Shown here piece after piece: positions 52,293 through 61,358 of a stretch of 64,000 bases of DNA. The stretch is taken from the NCBI GenBank assembly GCA_044376115.1, contig JBILLK010000010.1, forward strand, positions 160,001 to 224,000. The letters are read 5' to 3'. Both the position numbers and the translations under genes were made by a program. Below the pieces are notes generated by a model, which was given only the letters and a program-made list of their open reading frames with translations, did not search any database and was not told the origin of the DNA. The number at the start of each line of letters is the position of its first letter. Within the stretch, counting starts at the first letter, position 1. This stretch comes from Polyangiaceae bacterium (GTDB lineage Bacteria; Myxococcota_A; Polyangia; Polyangiales; Polyangiaceae).

Positions 52293-54563
52293 CTAGTTGA
52301 GTACGAATTGGTGACTGGCCGTTTCACGGGCCAAAGCGATAATCTCAGGCGTATCGAGGATAAGGCCGACTCGACCGTCTCCCAGGATGGCGCCGCCAGC
52401 TATCCCACGCACATTGCCGATGCCTTCGCCCAAAGACTTAGCAACGACTTGTTGTTGACCGAGCAGCTCATCCACGAGGAGCGCACAGCGTCCCTCGACT
52501 CCGTTGACGACCACGGCCAAGGCTTTGGTCGGATCTTCGGTCGCGCCATTCAAGTCAAATAGACGGTGCAAGCGAAACATCGGAATCAGTTCGCCGCGAA
52601 TGAACAGTAGTTCACCCTTGGTCGACACTGTCGATAGATGCTCAGGCAATGGCCGCAGGCTGGTCTGAATATTGACCGTAGGCACGATGAAGCGCTCATC
52701 GCCGACGCGGACCAACATTCCGTCGGTAACCGCTAGCGTCAACGGCAGACGCAAAGTGAAGGTAGTCCCGGAGCCCAGCGTAGACGCAATATCGACCCGC
52801 CCATTGAGGGCTTGCACATTCCTACGCACGACATCCATACCCACTCCGCGGCCAGACAGGTCATTGACCTGGTCGCGGGTCGAGAAACCGGGCTCGAAGA
52901 TTAGGTTATATACATCCGAGTCCGTCATTTGCGCGTCCGACTCAATCAGCCCGCGCTCGATCGCCTTCTTCACGATGCGCTGGCGGTCGAGGCCCGCGCC
53001 GTCATCACACAGCTCGACGACCACGTTTCCGCCCGAGTGCAAGGCCGTTAGCCGAATGGTTCCGGCGCGGGGCTTACCGCGAGCAATGCGGTCATTGGGC
53101 GACTCGATGCCGTGATCGACGCCGTTGCGGAGCATGTGCACGAGCGGGTCGGCAATGATGTCCACCATGTTGCGGTCGATCTCGGTCTCTTCGCCCGCGA
53201 CGATTAGCTCTACGGCCTTTCCGCTCTTCTGCGCCGTATCTCGCACTACGCGGGCGAGCTTCTGGAAGGTTGGCTTGAGCGGCACCATGCGCAGTGACAT
53301 GGCGAGCTCCTGGAGCTCACGCACGATTTTTCCTGCGTGCGCGACCTTACGCGTGAGGTCCATATGGTCGCTGCGCGCGAGCGTTGGATCCTGACGGACC
53401 ATCGAATGCGCAATGACGAGCTCACCGACCATATCAACCAAGCGGTCGAGTCGTTCGGTACGGATACGTACGCTGGTGCTCTCGTTATCAGCGCGGGCAG
53501 GAGCTTGCGCTTGAGCAGGAGCTTGAGGTTGAGTCGCTGGAGCTTGAGGTTGAGCCGCTGGAGTTTGAGCCGGCGCAGCCGGTACCTGCACCGCAGGAGT
53601 TGGTGCAGCGACGGTTGCTACAGCGTTGAGCGCAGCTGGAGCAGCAGCCGGCGCTGTCTGCATTTGTAGCGCCGCGGGGCTGGGCGGCGTGGGCTCCGCG
53701 GTGGGCGCTTGCTGGCTGGGCGAAGGCGGCGCGGGCTCCGGGCTCGTTGCCACTTCGCTTTGCACCTGAGGCGTTGCGACCGGCGCCGGGGCAGCGACTG
53801 CGTCGATAGGCGGCAAGCGGCCCTCAGTGGCCTGAGCCAAGGTCGCGGCAAGGTCACCTAGATTGTGAGGTGCGGACCAGGGCTCACCCGAAAGGGTCGC
53901 GTTGACGCCTTCCACGAGCGCCTTGATCGCGTCTACGGAGGCCAACGCGAGGTTGGCCACTGCGCCCGAGAAGACCAGGTCCTTGCTGCGCACTTTGCTC
54001 AGCAGCGACTCTGCCTTGTGCGCGAGCGTAGAGATCGCCTCTAGGCCCAACATCGCAGACACGCCCTTCACGGTATGAAAGGCCCGAAACACTGTATCGA
54101 CAGCCGGCATGTCGCTCGGATTGCTCTCGAGCAGCAGCATCGCGCCCTCGGCCTGCGTCACGTAGTCGAGGGCCTCCGTCACGAACTCGGCTACCAGCTC
54201 GCGGTCGGCCTCATCGAAGACGAAGACCGGGCCCGCTGGAACCTCCACCGGAGCTTCGGCCTTCGGCTCGTCGGCGGGCTTCGGCCCGTCGGCGGGCTTT
54301 GCCAAAGCCCGCGTCGCCCCAACGGCCGCCCCAGCCTGGAGAAAGCGCTGCACCGCACCGAGCGTTGCAGTCGGGTCAGCAGCGCTACCGGTGATCAGCG
54401 CCGATAGCGAGTTGGCCGCCTCGCTAAACATTCGCTTTTGCACTGCATTGGCTTGTTCGGCGAGCGCGCTGACGCGCTCGTGTATGGCTCGCAGCGCCAA
54501 GACGTCTTTGGCGTCGATTGAGCCCAGCTGAAGAAGGATGTCATCAAGCACCGAGGCGGCCAT
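52293..54563 (-). CDS. cheA: chemotaxis histidine kinase CheA
   Basis: Hpt FRAFHTVKG, RLVDMVGELVI, HMLRNGVDHG, DDGAG, SGRGVGMDVV, C-terminal CheW domain. Confidence 0.96.
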   Translation of the reverse strand: MAASVLDDILLQLGSIDAKDVLALRAIHERVSALAEQANAVQKRMFSEAANSLSALITGSAADPTATLGAVQRFLQAGAAVGATRALAKPADGPKPADEPKAEAPVEVPAGPVFVFDEADRELVAEFVTEALDYVTQAEGAMLLLESNPSDMPAVDTVFRAFHTVKGVSAMLGLEAISTLAHKAESLLSKVRSKDLVFSGAVANLALASVDAIKALVEGVNATLSGEPWSAPHNLGDLAATLAQATEGRLPPIDAVAAPAPVATPQVQSEVATSPEPAPPSPSQQAPTAEPTPPSPAALQMQTAPAAAPAALNAVATVAAPTPAVQVPAAPAQTPAAQPQAPATQPQAPAQAQAPARADNESTSVRIRTERLDRLVDMVGELVIAHSMVRQDPTLARSDHMDLTRKVAHAGKIVRELQELAMSLRMVPLKPTFQKLARVVRDTAQKSGKAVELIVAGEETEIDRNMVDIIADPLVHMLRNGVDHGIESPNDRIARGKPRAGTIRLTALHSGGNVVVELCDDGAGLDRQRIVKKAIERGLIESDAQMTDSDVYNLIFEPGFSTRDQVNDLSGRGVGMDVVRRNVQALNGRVDIASTLGSGTTFTLRLPLTLAVTDGMLVRVGDERFIVPTVNIQTSLRPLPEHLSTVSTKGELLFIRGELIPMFRLHRLFDLNGATEDPTKALAVVVNGVEGRCALLVDELLGQQQVVAKSLGEGIGNVRGIAGGAILGDGRVGLILDTPEIIALARETASHQFVLN
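53500..53569. repeat. 21-bp tandem repeat in the CheA linker
   Basis: GGAGCTTGAGGTTGAG(T/C)CGCT x2 plus degenerate flanks, encoding QPQAPA repeats. Confidence 0.7.
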
Positions 54564-54676
54564 CAGAGCTTGAGAACGGGACCGGCTTGCGTGCCCTTAA
54601 GTCACTAGCAAGCGGAGCGTTGACAACGGGAGAGTGGCGCATGCGCGCCGTGTTCACGCGAGCGAGAGGACTTACA

Positions 54677-55045
54677 ATGGCTGCTCACATGTTCGGTGCC
54701 TGGTTAGTGGAACGCGGCCTCGTGAGTGCGGAGTCGGTGGTCAAGGCGCTGGATCGTCAGAACGCCGCACGCATCCCCTTGGGCCGGTTGGCGATGACGC
54801 AGGGCAAACTCAAAGTCGCTCAGGTCTTTGAGATCCTCAATCGTCAGGCGGGCTCGAACCGACTGTTTGGTGAGTTGGCGATTGAACTCGGTTACCTGAC
54901 GCCAGGGGAGCTCGCGGAGCTGCTGCTCGAACAGCGGCGCCGACACCTCCCCATCGGACTGATCCTCGTCGACATGGGGGAGCTCGACCCTGAGACGCTG
55001 CGAGAAGAACTCGCGCGGTTCAAGCTGAGAGACCAGGCCGCTTAG
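54677..55045 (+). CDS. stand-alone MshEN/GSPII_N-like repeat protein (putative c-di-GMP binder)
   Basis: FGAWLVERGLV..ALDRQ, LGRLAMTQGKL..ILNRQ, FGELAIELGYL..LLLEQ, IGLILVDMGEL; GAGGA RBS. Confidence 0.7.
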   Translation: MAAHMFGAWLVERGLVSAESVVKALDRQNAARIPLGRLAMTQGKLKVAQVFEILNRQAGSNRLFGELAIELGYLTPGELAELLLEQRRRHLPIGLILVDMGELDPETLREELARFKLRDQAA

Positions 55046-55148
55046 TGTTGCGAGTTTGACGTAGCGACAACGAACTGACGCGAAACGCTGGCTCCACGAC
55101 AGAGACGTGGCGAATTTAGACCGGTACGCAAGTTGCGAGAGAAGCCAC

Positions 55149-56747
55149 ATGGCCTGGACCTTCAAGAACCAACCCCTACTCCTGGCATTCATTGCTGGCT
55201 TGGGCATGCTGAGCCTGGCCTTAGGAGCAACGAGCGCCATTGGGCTCAATAGCTTAGTGCTGGTCTTGGGCTCACTAATGGTCGGAACAGCGTGGATTGC
55301 GTATTGCGCTCATACGAGACAGTTTGCGCTTCACATGGCCATCGGTCACCTCAAGCAGCTTCTCCGCGGCAAGCTCGAGGAATCAAAGCTGGTCCAGCAA
55401 GCTACTCCTGAGGATGAAGTTGGAGAGTTGCTTGTCTCATTACGAGAATTGCGCGATTGGTTGTCGGGGATCCACGCTGGCACGGAGGCGCTGAGCAAAG
55501 GCGACCTGACCATTTGGTTGGATGCACGCTCCGATCAAGACCAGATCGCGCGTAGCTTTACCAAAGCCCAGGACGCAGTTCGGGGCGTCGTGGGAGAGGC
55601 TCGAACACTGGTGGAGCAAGCCGCGCTTGGGCGGCACCAATCGGAGGTCACGAGCCGCTATCAGGGCGTTTTTGGCGAGCTGTTTGAGCAGCTCAACGCA
55701 CTAATGCTCGCAAGTGCCACGCCGATCAAGGAGACCCGAATGGTGCTCGGCCGCGTTGCCGCTCGCGACCTCTCGGCTCGGATGGAAGGCGAGTACCAGG
55801 GTGATTGGAATGAGGTCAAAGAGAGCCTGAACGCGGCCATCGGCAACCTCGAAGAGGCCCTTGCTCAGGTTACCGTGGCGGCGGATCAAGTCGGCACGGC
55901 GGCGCAGGAGATCACCTCCGGAAACCAACATCAGGCAGAGGCGGCAACACAACAAGCCTCCGCCCTGGACGAGGTCACCAGTCGCGTTCAAAAGTTCGCG
56001 GGCGATGGCAAGAGAACCGCCCACAACGCAGAGCAAGCTCGAAGTATGGCGCAGGCCGCTAGCGAGGCCGCTCGGACGGGCGACCGCAGTATGAGCGAGC
56101 TGTGTCAGGCCATGGACCAAATCAAGAGCACCAGCGATCGCACCGCGCAAATCGTACGTACGATCGATGAGATTGCGTTTCAGACGAATCTGCTCGCGCT
56201 CAACGCCGCCGTGGAAGCCGCTCGAGCAGGCGACGCCGGTAAGGGCTTTGCAGTCGTAGCCGAGGAGGTTCGCAATCTTGCGATGCGTTCGGCGGATGCT
56301 GCTCGGTCCACGTCACTGATGATCGCAGACTCGGTAAAGAGCGCCGATCGTGGCGTTGAACTCAACGCCAACGTCGCCAAGAGCTTCAGCCAAATTCAAA
56401 CCCAAGTAGGCAACGTCGTGGAAGTGATGGAAGAGATCTCTGCTGCCGTCACCACGCAAGCCGAGGGCGTCGTTGGTATCAACCGCATGGTGGAGGACCT
56501 TTCGCGGAACACCCAGAGCAGTGCTGCCACCACCGAGCAATCGGCAAGCGCGGCGCTCGAGCTCAGCAGCCAGGCCGAATCCCTGCGCGACCTGGTTTCG
56601 GTCTTCAAGCTCACTGGACCGGTGGCAGAGCCTTACCGTGTTCAGCCTCAGGAGCAAGCGAGGCAAGCTCCCGCAGGGAAGCTTAAGAGAGCCGCCGGCG
56701 CGGAGGAATTCGACTACTCGGATGACGACGATCTTGCAAGCTTCTAA
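55149..56747 (+). CDS. methyl-accepting chemotaxis protein without periplasmic sensor domain
   Basis: Adjacent N-terminal TM helices, HAMPs, [20 protein letters not shown], ends DLASF. Confidence 0.92.
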   Translation: MAWTFKNQPLLLAFIAGLGMLSLALGATSAIGLNSLVLVLGSLMVGTAWIAYCAHTRQFALHMAIGHLKQLLRGKLEESKLVQQATPEDEVGELLVSLRELRDWLSGIHAGTEALSKGDLTIWLDARSDQDQIARSFTKAQDAVRGVVGEARTLVEQAALGRHQSEVTSRYQGVFGELFEQLNALMLASATPIKETRMVLGRVAARDLSARMEGEYQGDWNEVKESLNAAIGNLEEALAQVTVAADQVGTAAQEITSGNQHQAEAATQQASALDEVTSRVQKFAGDGKRTAHNAEQARSMAQAASEAARTGDRSMSELCQAMDQIKSTSDRTAQIVRTIDEIAFQTNLLALNAAVEAARAGDAGKGFAVVAEEVRNLAMRSADAARSTSLMIADSVKSADRGVELNANVAKSFSQIQTQVGNVVEVMEEISAAVTTQAEGVVGINRMVEDLSRNTQSSAATTEQSASAALELSSQAESLRDLVSVFKLTGPVAEPYRVQPQEQARQAPAGKLKRAAGAEEFDYSDDDDLASF

Positions 56748-56771
56748 GGCGCCGTAGCCTTCTTGCTACAT

Positions 56772-56891
56772 CATCCGCCTTCGGTTGAATGACTCGTGCC
56801 AAGTCGAAGTTCCTAAGGGGCCATCGGCCGGTTTTCGGAAGAAGGCCCGAGTCATTCTGTTCACTGCATCCGCCTTTGGCGGAATGCGACT
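56772..56891 (+). repeat. structured intergenic region with repeat copy B and a partial copy
   Basis: CATCCGCCTTCGG (56772-56784), ACTGCATCCGCCTTTGGCGGAAT (56863-56885), inverted pair GAATGACTCG/CGAGTCATTC. Confidence 0.6.
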
Positions 56892-56915
56892 CCTGCCGCC
56901 AAGCGTAGGCCAGGA

Positions 56916-58250
56916 GTGACCGCTCGCGGGAACCTCGTCCACCAGCTCCTTGCCCTTGCTGGGCCCGCCTTGCTCCATGGGTCGGTGGTCGCGCTCGCAT
57001 TTGCGACCGAGAGGCTGCTGGCGCGACCACTCGGCTCCGACGCCCTGGCGGCTCTTTCGATCGGGACGGTGGTGATCTGGGTGTTGACCACCACCGTCAG
57101 TGGGGTCGGGACGACCGCAGCCGTAAAGATCGGCGAGGCGTCAGGCCGCGGGGATCGCGAGGGGGCTCGACAGACGCTGCTATCGGCTTTGGCGCTCGTG
57201 CTGATCGCTTGGGGAGCTATAGCCGGAGTCATGTTGGTTTGCGGTCCGGAGCTGCTTAGCCTGATGTTCGGCCGAACACAGGCCACACGCGAAGCAGCTG
57301 CGTACTTGAACGTTGCGACGCTGGGCTTGGGCTTCGCCTTCGTTGACTCGGTATTGGCACAGATTCTTTTTGGCCTTGGAGACGCGCGAAGCCCCGTGCG
57401 AGCAGCGGCAGTATCGGGCGCAGTCACGCTTTCAACCCTGCTCCTGGCCCTGCTCGTTGGACCATCCATTACCGCCTTCGCCTTGGGCGCGAGCGCTGGA
57501 ACTGCGGCGGGCGCCGTCTGCTTGCTCGGCAGCATCTTCAAGCGCAATGAGTTCGCGCGGACCAACACAGCTGCATTACAGCTTGCTCAACTCGCGAGGG
57601 AGTCGGCACCCACCGTTTCAGAGAAGGCTGTAGCGTCTCTGGGCTACTTCGTTTTTGCGGCCCTGCTTGGTCGGCTGGGCTCGGACGCGTTGGCCGCCAA
57701 TCAGGCGCTACTTTCGATTGGCGCCCTCGGCTGCTTGTTACCAGAGGCTATCGGGATCGCTGCATGTAGCTTGCTGTCGCGACAGCGCGGGGCCGGCGAT
57801 GAGGACTTGAGCCTCAAAACGATGCGCCTCGCGCTTGGCGTAAGCGTGTTGCTCATGGGCCTTTACGGGGCAGTCGCGCTAGCGCTTCGAAGCGCGCTAG
57901 TTCCAGCCTTCTTGGCTGAGGCGTCGGCGCAGCAACTTGCGCTAGACGGGTTTGGCGTATTCGCGCTCACGCAGCCTTTTATGGGTATCGCAGTAGTGGG
58001 GCGAGCCGTGCTGCGAGCAAGCTCCAAAGCCCAACAAGCTCTTTCAGTTGCGACCTTTGGAACTTTTGCGGTGCGTCTGCCAGCGTGCTTGGTACTCGTT
58101 CACGTTCATGAGCTTGGCCTGTTGGGCGGCCTCCTCTCGGTTTTGGCCGATTGGATGGTGCAGGGCGTAGCGGTGCTCGTCGCTTTGAGCCGGGGCACAG
58201 CGTCGTCGAGGCGGCTCGTAAGCCGACATCCTTGCCGCGCCAGGGCTTGA
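56916..58250 (+). CDS. MATE family efflux transporter
   Basis: About 12 TM helices, LGSDALAA twice (internal duplication), GLGDARSP. Confidence 0.85.
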   Translation: MTARGNLVHQLLALAGPALLHGSVVALAFATERLLARPLGSDALAALSIGTVVIWVLTTTVSGVGTTAAVKIGEASGRGDREGARQTLLSALALVLIAWGAIAGVMLVCGPELLSLMFGRTQATREAAAYLNVATLGLGFAFVDSVLAQILFGLGDARSPVRAAAVSGAVTLSTLLLALLVGPSITAFALGASAGTAAGAVCLLGSIFKRNEFARTNTAALQLAQLARESAPTVSEKAVASLGYFVFAALLGRLGSDALAANQALLSIGALGCLLPEAIGIAACSLLSRQRGAGDEDLSLKTMRLALGVSVLLMGLYGAVALALRSALVPAFLAEASAQQLALDGFGVFALTQPFMGIAVVGRAVLRASSKAQQALSVATFGTFAVRLPACLVLVHVHELGLLGGLLSVLADWMVQGVAVLVALSRGTASSRRLVSRHPCRARA

Positions 58251-58281
58251 CGCCCTGGACGAGGGCGGCCATTCGACAACG

Positions 58282-59904
58282 ATGGCAAACGTTCACGGCG
58301 GGCGCTTGGTTGCCAAAGCGCTGAAGCGGCACGGCACCACGCACCTCTTCACGCTCTGCGGTGGTCATATCCAGGCGATTTACGACGGTTGTCTCGACGA
58401 AGACATTCGGGTCGTGGACGTGCGCCATGAACAGACGGCAGGCCATGCGGCAGACGGCTACGCTCGCGTAACGGGTCGGCCTGGGGTTTGTGCCGTTACG
58501 GCAGGGCCCGGAGTAACCGACGTCGTAACCGCTGCAGCCAACGCCTTCCGGGCAGGAGTCCCGCTGCTCATCATCGGCGGGGCCGGGCCGCGTGCGCTCT
58601 CGGACATGGGCTCGTTGCAAGACATGAATCACGTGGAGCTGATGCGGCCGATCACCAAGTGGAGCGTGAGTGTGCCCTCAACCGATAGGCTCCAGGAATA
58701 CATCGATTCCGCTTTCCGTATCGCGCAGGCTGGTGTGCCTGGTCCTGTGTTCCTGGAGATGCCGCTCGACCTGCTAATGAATTGGGCCGAGGAGAGCCCG
58801 CCAGCGACAGGCCCACAACCGCCCGCGCGGCCTGGTGGGGATCCGAGTCTGATCGCAGAGGCGGCGAACCTATTGAACAACGCCGAGCGCCCGATGTTTA
58901 TCGTCGGTAGCCAATTACGCTGGTCGCCGGCTGCGGAGGCGCTCCGAGCGTTCGCCGACGCCATCGACGCGCCCTTCTATCTCAATGGTATGGCGCGAGG
59001 CGCGCTGCCGTATGCGCACAAGAACCTAATGACCCGTTCGCGCAAGGTCGCGCTGGCACAGACCGACGTTTGCTTCGTATTCGGGACGCCGCTGGACTTT
59101 CGCCTCGAGTACGGTCGAGCCATCAACGCCTCGGCCAAGATCGTCCAGGTTGACCTCGATGGTGCCGAGATCGGCCGCAACCGACACGTCGACTTGGCGA
59201 TTCATGGCGACACCGGCGTTGTGCTGAAGCAGCTCACGAGCATCGCCAAGCCCCGAGATACCGCGAGTTGGCTCTCGGCGATTCGTGCGGCCGAGGACAA
59301 ATCACGCGCCAAGATGGCTGCGGAGATCGACTCGGATGACAATCCGCCCAACCCACTTCGCGTCTGCGCTGAGCTCGGTAAGCGATTGAAGCCGCAAGAC
59401 ATCATCATTGGAGACGGAGGCGATTTCGTCGCGACCGCCGCTTACGTATTGAAGCTCGAGTCGCCACAACTTTGGATGGACCCTGGGCCGCTCGGCACGC
59501 TCGGGGTTGGCCCAGGCTACGCCATGGCAGCGAAGTTGGCTCGACCAGAGGCCAACGTAGTGCTGGTCTACGGCGACGGCTCGTTTGGCTTCAATGGGCT
59601 CGAGTTCGAGGCGATGGTGCGACAGAACATCCCAGTGATTGGAGTCATTGGTAACGACGCTGGGTGGACGCAGATTCGCCGCGGGCAAGTCGAACTCTAC
59701 GGTAAGGACAGAGCCGTGGCTACTGGCCTATCGTATACCCGTTATGACAGAGTGGTTGAGGCCTTGGGCGGCTTTGGTGCCTATGTGGAGACGGTGGACG
59801 AGTTAGGGCCCGCGCTAGATACTGCGTTTGCTTGCGGCAAACCAGCGCTCGTCAACGTGAAGATCGCCTCGAGTGAGTTCCGCAAGGGAGCGATCAGCGT
59901 CTGA
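58282..59904 (+). CDS. ThDP-dependent enzyme (acetolactate synthase-like; ILVBL/2-hydroxyacyl-CoA lyase-type)
   Basis: [41 protein letters not shown]...N ThDP motif. Confidence 0.9.
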   Translation: MANVHGGRLVAKALKRHGTTHLFTLCGGHIQAIYDGCLDEDIRVVDVRHEQTAGHAADGYARVTGRPGVCAVTAGPGVTDVVTAAANAFRAGVPLLIIGGAGPRALSDMGSLQDMNHVELMRPITKWSVSVPSTDRLQEYIDSAFRIAQAGVPGPVFLEMPLDLLMNWAEESPPATGPQPPARPGGDPSLIAEAANLLNNAERPMFIVGSQLRWSPAAEALRAFADAIDAPFYLNGMARGALPYAHKNLMTRSRKVALAQTDVCFVFGTPLDFRLEYGRAINASAKIVQVDLDGAEIGRNRHVDLAIHGDTGVVLKQLTSIAKPRDTASWLSAIRAAEDKSRAKMAAEIDSDDNPPNPLRVCAELGKRLKPQDIIIGDGGDFVATAAYVLKLESPQLWMDPGPLGTLGVGPGYAMAAKLARPEANVVLVYGDGSFGFNGLEFEAMVRQNIPVIGVIGNDAGWTQIRRGQVELYGKDRAVATGLSYTRYDRVVEALGGFGAYVETVDELGPALDTAFACGKPALVNVKIASSEFRKGAISV

Positions 59905-59907
59905 ATC

Positions 59908-60438
59908 ATGCTGTTTCGCTTTGCTTCTCCAACACTCCCGCGACTTGATGACCTTGACTTGGAGGTTATCGCAGCCGCCATCCCCTCGGACATTAGGCCG
60001 TGGCGCGGAGTCGTAGGCCTTTGTGACTTTCGCATGGGGGCGCGGCTCTCCAAACTCGCAATGAACGGGGATGTTTCGGGGAAGCTCGGCGAGGTCGTGA
60101 TGGTGCCGGGCAAACCGTTCTTGTCTTTCGACAAGGTCGTGTTGTTTGGCTGCGGGCCCGTGGCGGGCCTTAGCGAGCCAATCTACGCCTCCTTGCTGCA
60201 CGACATGGCGAAGTGTCTGGGTAAACTCAAGGTGCGGGTAGCGGCGGTTGAGCTACCTGGGAGGGCGTATGGTGCGGTCACACCTCAACTCGCAGCCGAA
60301 GTGCTCATTCGCGAAGTGGGACATTCAGCAGAATGCGACCAATGGACCTTGGTCGAGGACGGGGAGGGCCGCAGCGTCATTGAAGCTTTGCTGTTCGAGC
60401 AGCGCCGCCGTTTGCGACGAGATCCAGCGACTGGCTAG
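59908..60438 (+). CDS. stand-alone M17 aminopeptidase N-terminal-like domain protein
   Basis: RPWRGVVGLCDFRMGARLS...GKLGE...KVVLFGCG; no catalytic M17 domain. Confidence 0.7.
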   Translation: MLFRFASPTLPRLDDLDLEVIAAAIPSDIRPWRGVVGLCDFRMGARLSKLAMNGDVSGKLGEVVMVPGKPFLSFDKVVLFGCGPVAGLSEPIYASLLHDMAKCLGKLKVRVAAVELPGRAYGAVTPQLAAEVLIREVGHSAECDQWTLVEDGEGRSVIEALLFEQRRRLRRDPATG

Positions 60439-60451
60439 CCATTGCTAGTAG

Positions 60452-61330
60452 CTAGTCCGCGAACATACGCACAAGCAACTCTCGCATCGCGTTAGAACTC
60501 GCGGCCACGTTATGACTGCCCCCGCGCACCCTGAAGAGCTGTAACGACGGCGCGCAAGACGAACGAAGCAGCGTGGTTTCAGCGCCGGCAAGGTCCGGCT
60601 CTAGATTGAGCGTTAGCCCCTCCTCCAACGGCTGGGCACAGCCACGCTTCAAGCCCCACGCACGTACCGAGTCCTCAGCGCTCGTGTGGGCGGCCTTGGT
60701 CGTAAACACGTGTCCGCCAGCGTAACGGACAATCTCATCGTTATCTCCATGGACGTGCAGCACGCGTTCTGGCGCATACTTGCAGCTCGCCACGTCACTT
60801 GGAGCAGTCCCCGCAACGCTTAGGATGCCGGTAATACCTGGCCTGTCGCAAGCAAGCCGGTGCGCCATGAAGCCTCCGTTGGAGAAGCCAACGACGTAGA
60901 GGCGGGTATCCGAACCATACCGAGCCACAGCCTGGTCAAGGCCTTCGCCCAGCGCTTGGACGTGGTCCACCCCCGTCGCGTCAAAGTCGCAACAGGCTGG
61001 GCCAGCGTTCCAAAAGCGACGCCCAGCTGAGTCCACCGAGCCATCCGGGGCGTTGAACTCGAATCCGAGCTCGCGGGACAGCTTGGCAAAGCCGAAATGG
61101 CGGTCAATGCTCTCACCGTTTCCCCCGAGCCCGTGCAGCAGCAAGACGAAGCGGCGGCCCTTCGCCGCTAACGGTGGGCGCTCACTCGACGAGGTCGCCA
61201 CTGCGGTCGAGGTACTCTGCGGCAACTGCGCTGTCGTCACAGCGACACTCGAGGCCGGTGGCATCGCTCGCTCCGTGTCGCAAGCCGCACAAACCAAGAG
61301 CACCGCCAACAGAAAGCCCATGGAGCCCAT
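60452..61330 (-). CDS. PHB depolymerase/LpqC-like esterase lipoprotein
   Basis: Lipobox-like CAAC, LHGLG, FWNAGPACCD, GFSNGG, HGDND, GGSH. Confidence 0.85.
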   Translation of the reverse strand: MGSMGFLLAVLLVCAACDTERAMPPASSVAVTTAQLPQSTSTAVATSSSERPPLAAKGRRFVLLLHGLGGNGESIDRHFGFAKLSRELGFEFNAPDGSVDSAGRRFWNAGPACCDFDATGVDHVQALGEGLDQAVARYGSDTRLYVVGFSNGGFMAHRLACDRPGITGILSVAGTAPSDVASCKYAPERVLHVHGDNDEIVRYAGGHVFTTKAAHTSAEDSVRAWGLKRGCAQPLEEGLTLNLEPDLAGAETTLLRSSCAPSLQLFRVRGGSHNVAASSNAMRELLVRMFAD

Positions 61331-61358
61331 CTCGCGCGTATGGTACTCGCGGAGTGAC

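Noticed and set aside
55046..55148. Possible c-di-GMP riboswitch ahead of the second MCP
   Set aside because: No convincing GEMM two-hairpin/GNRA-receptor pattern; an Rfam scan would be decisive.
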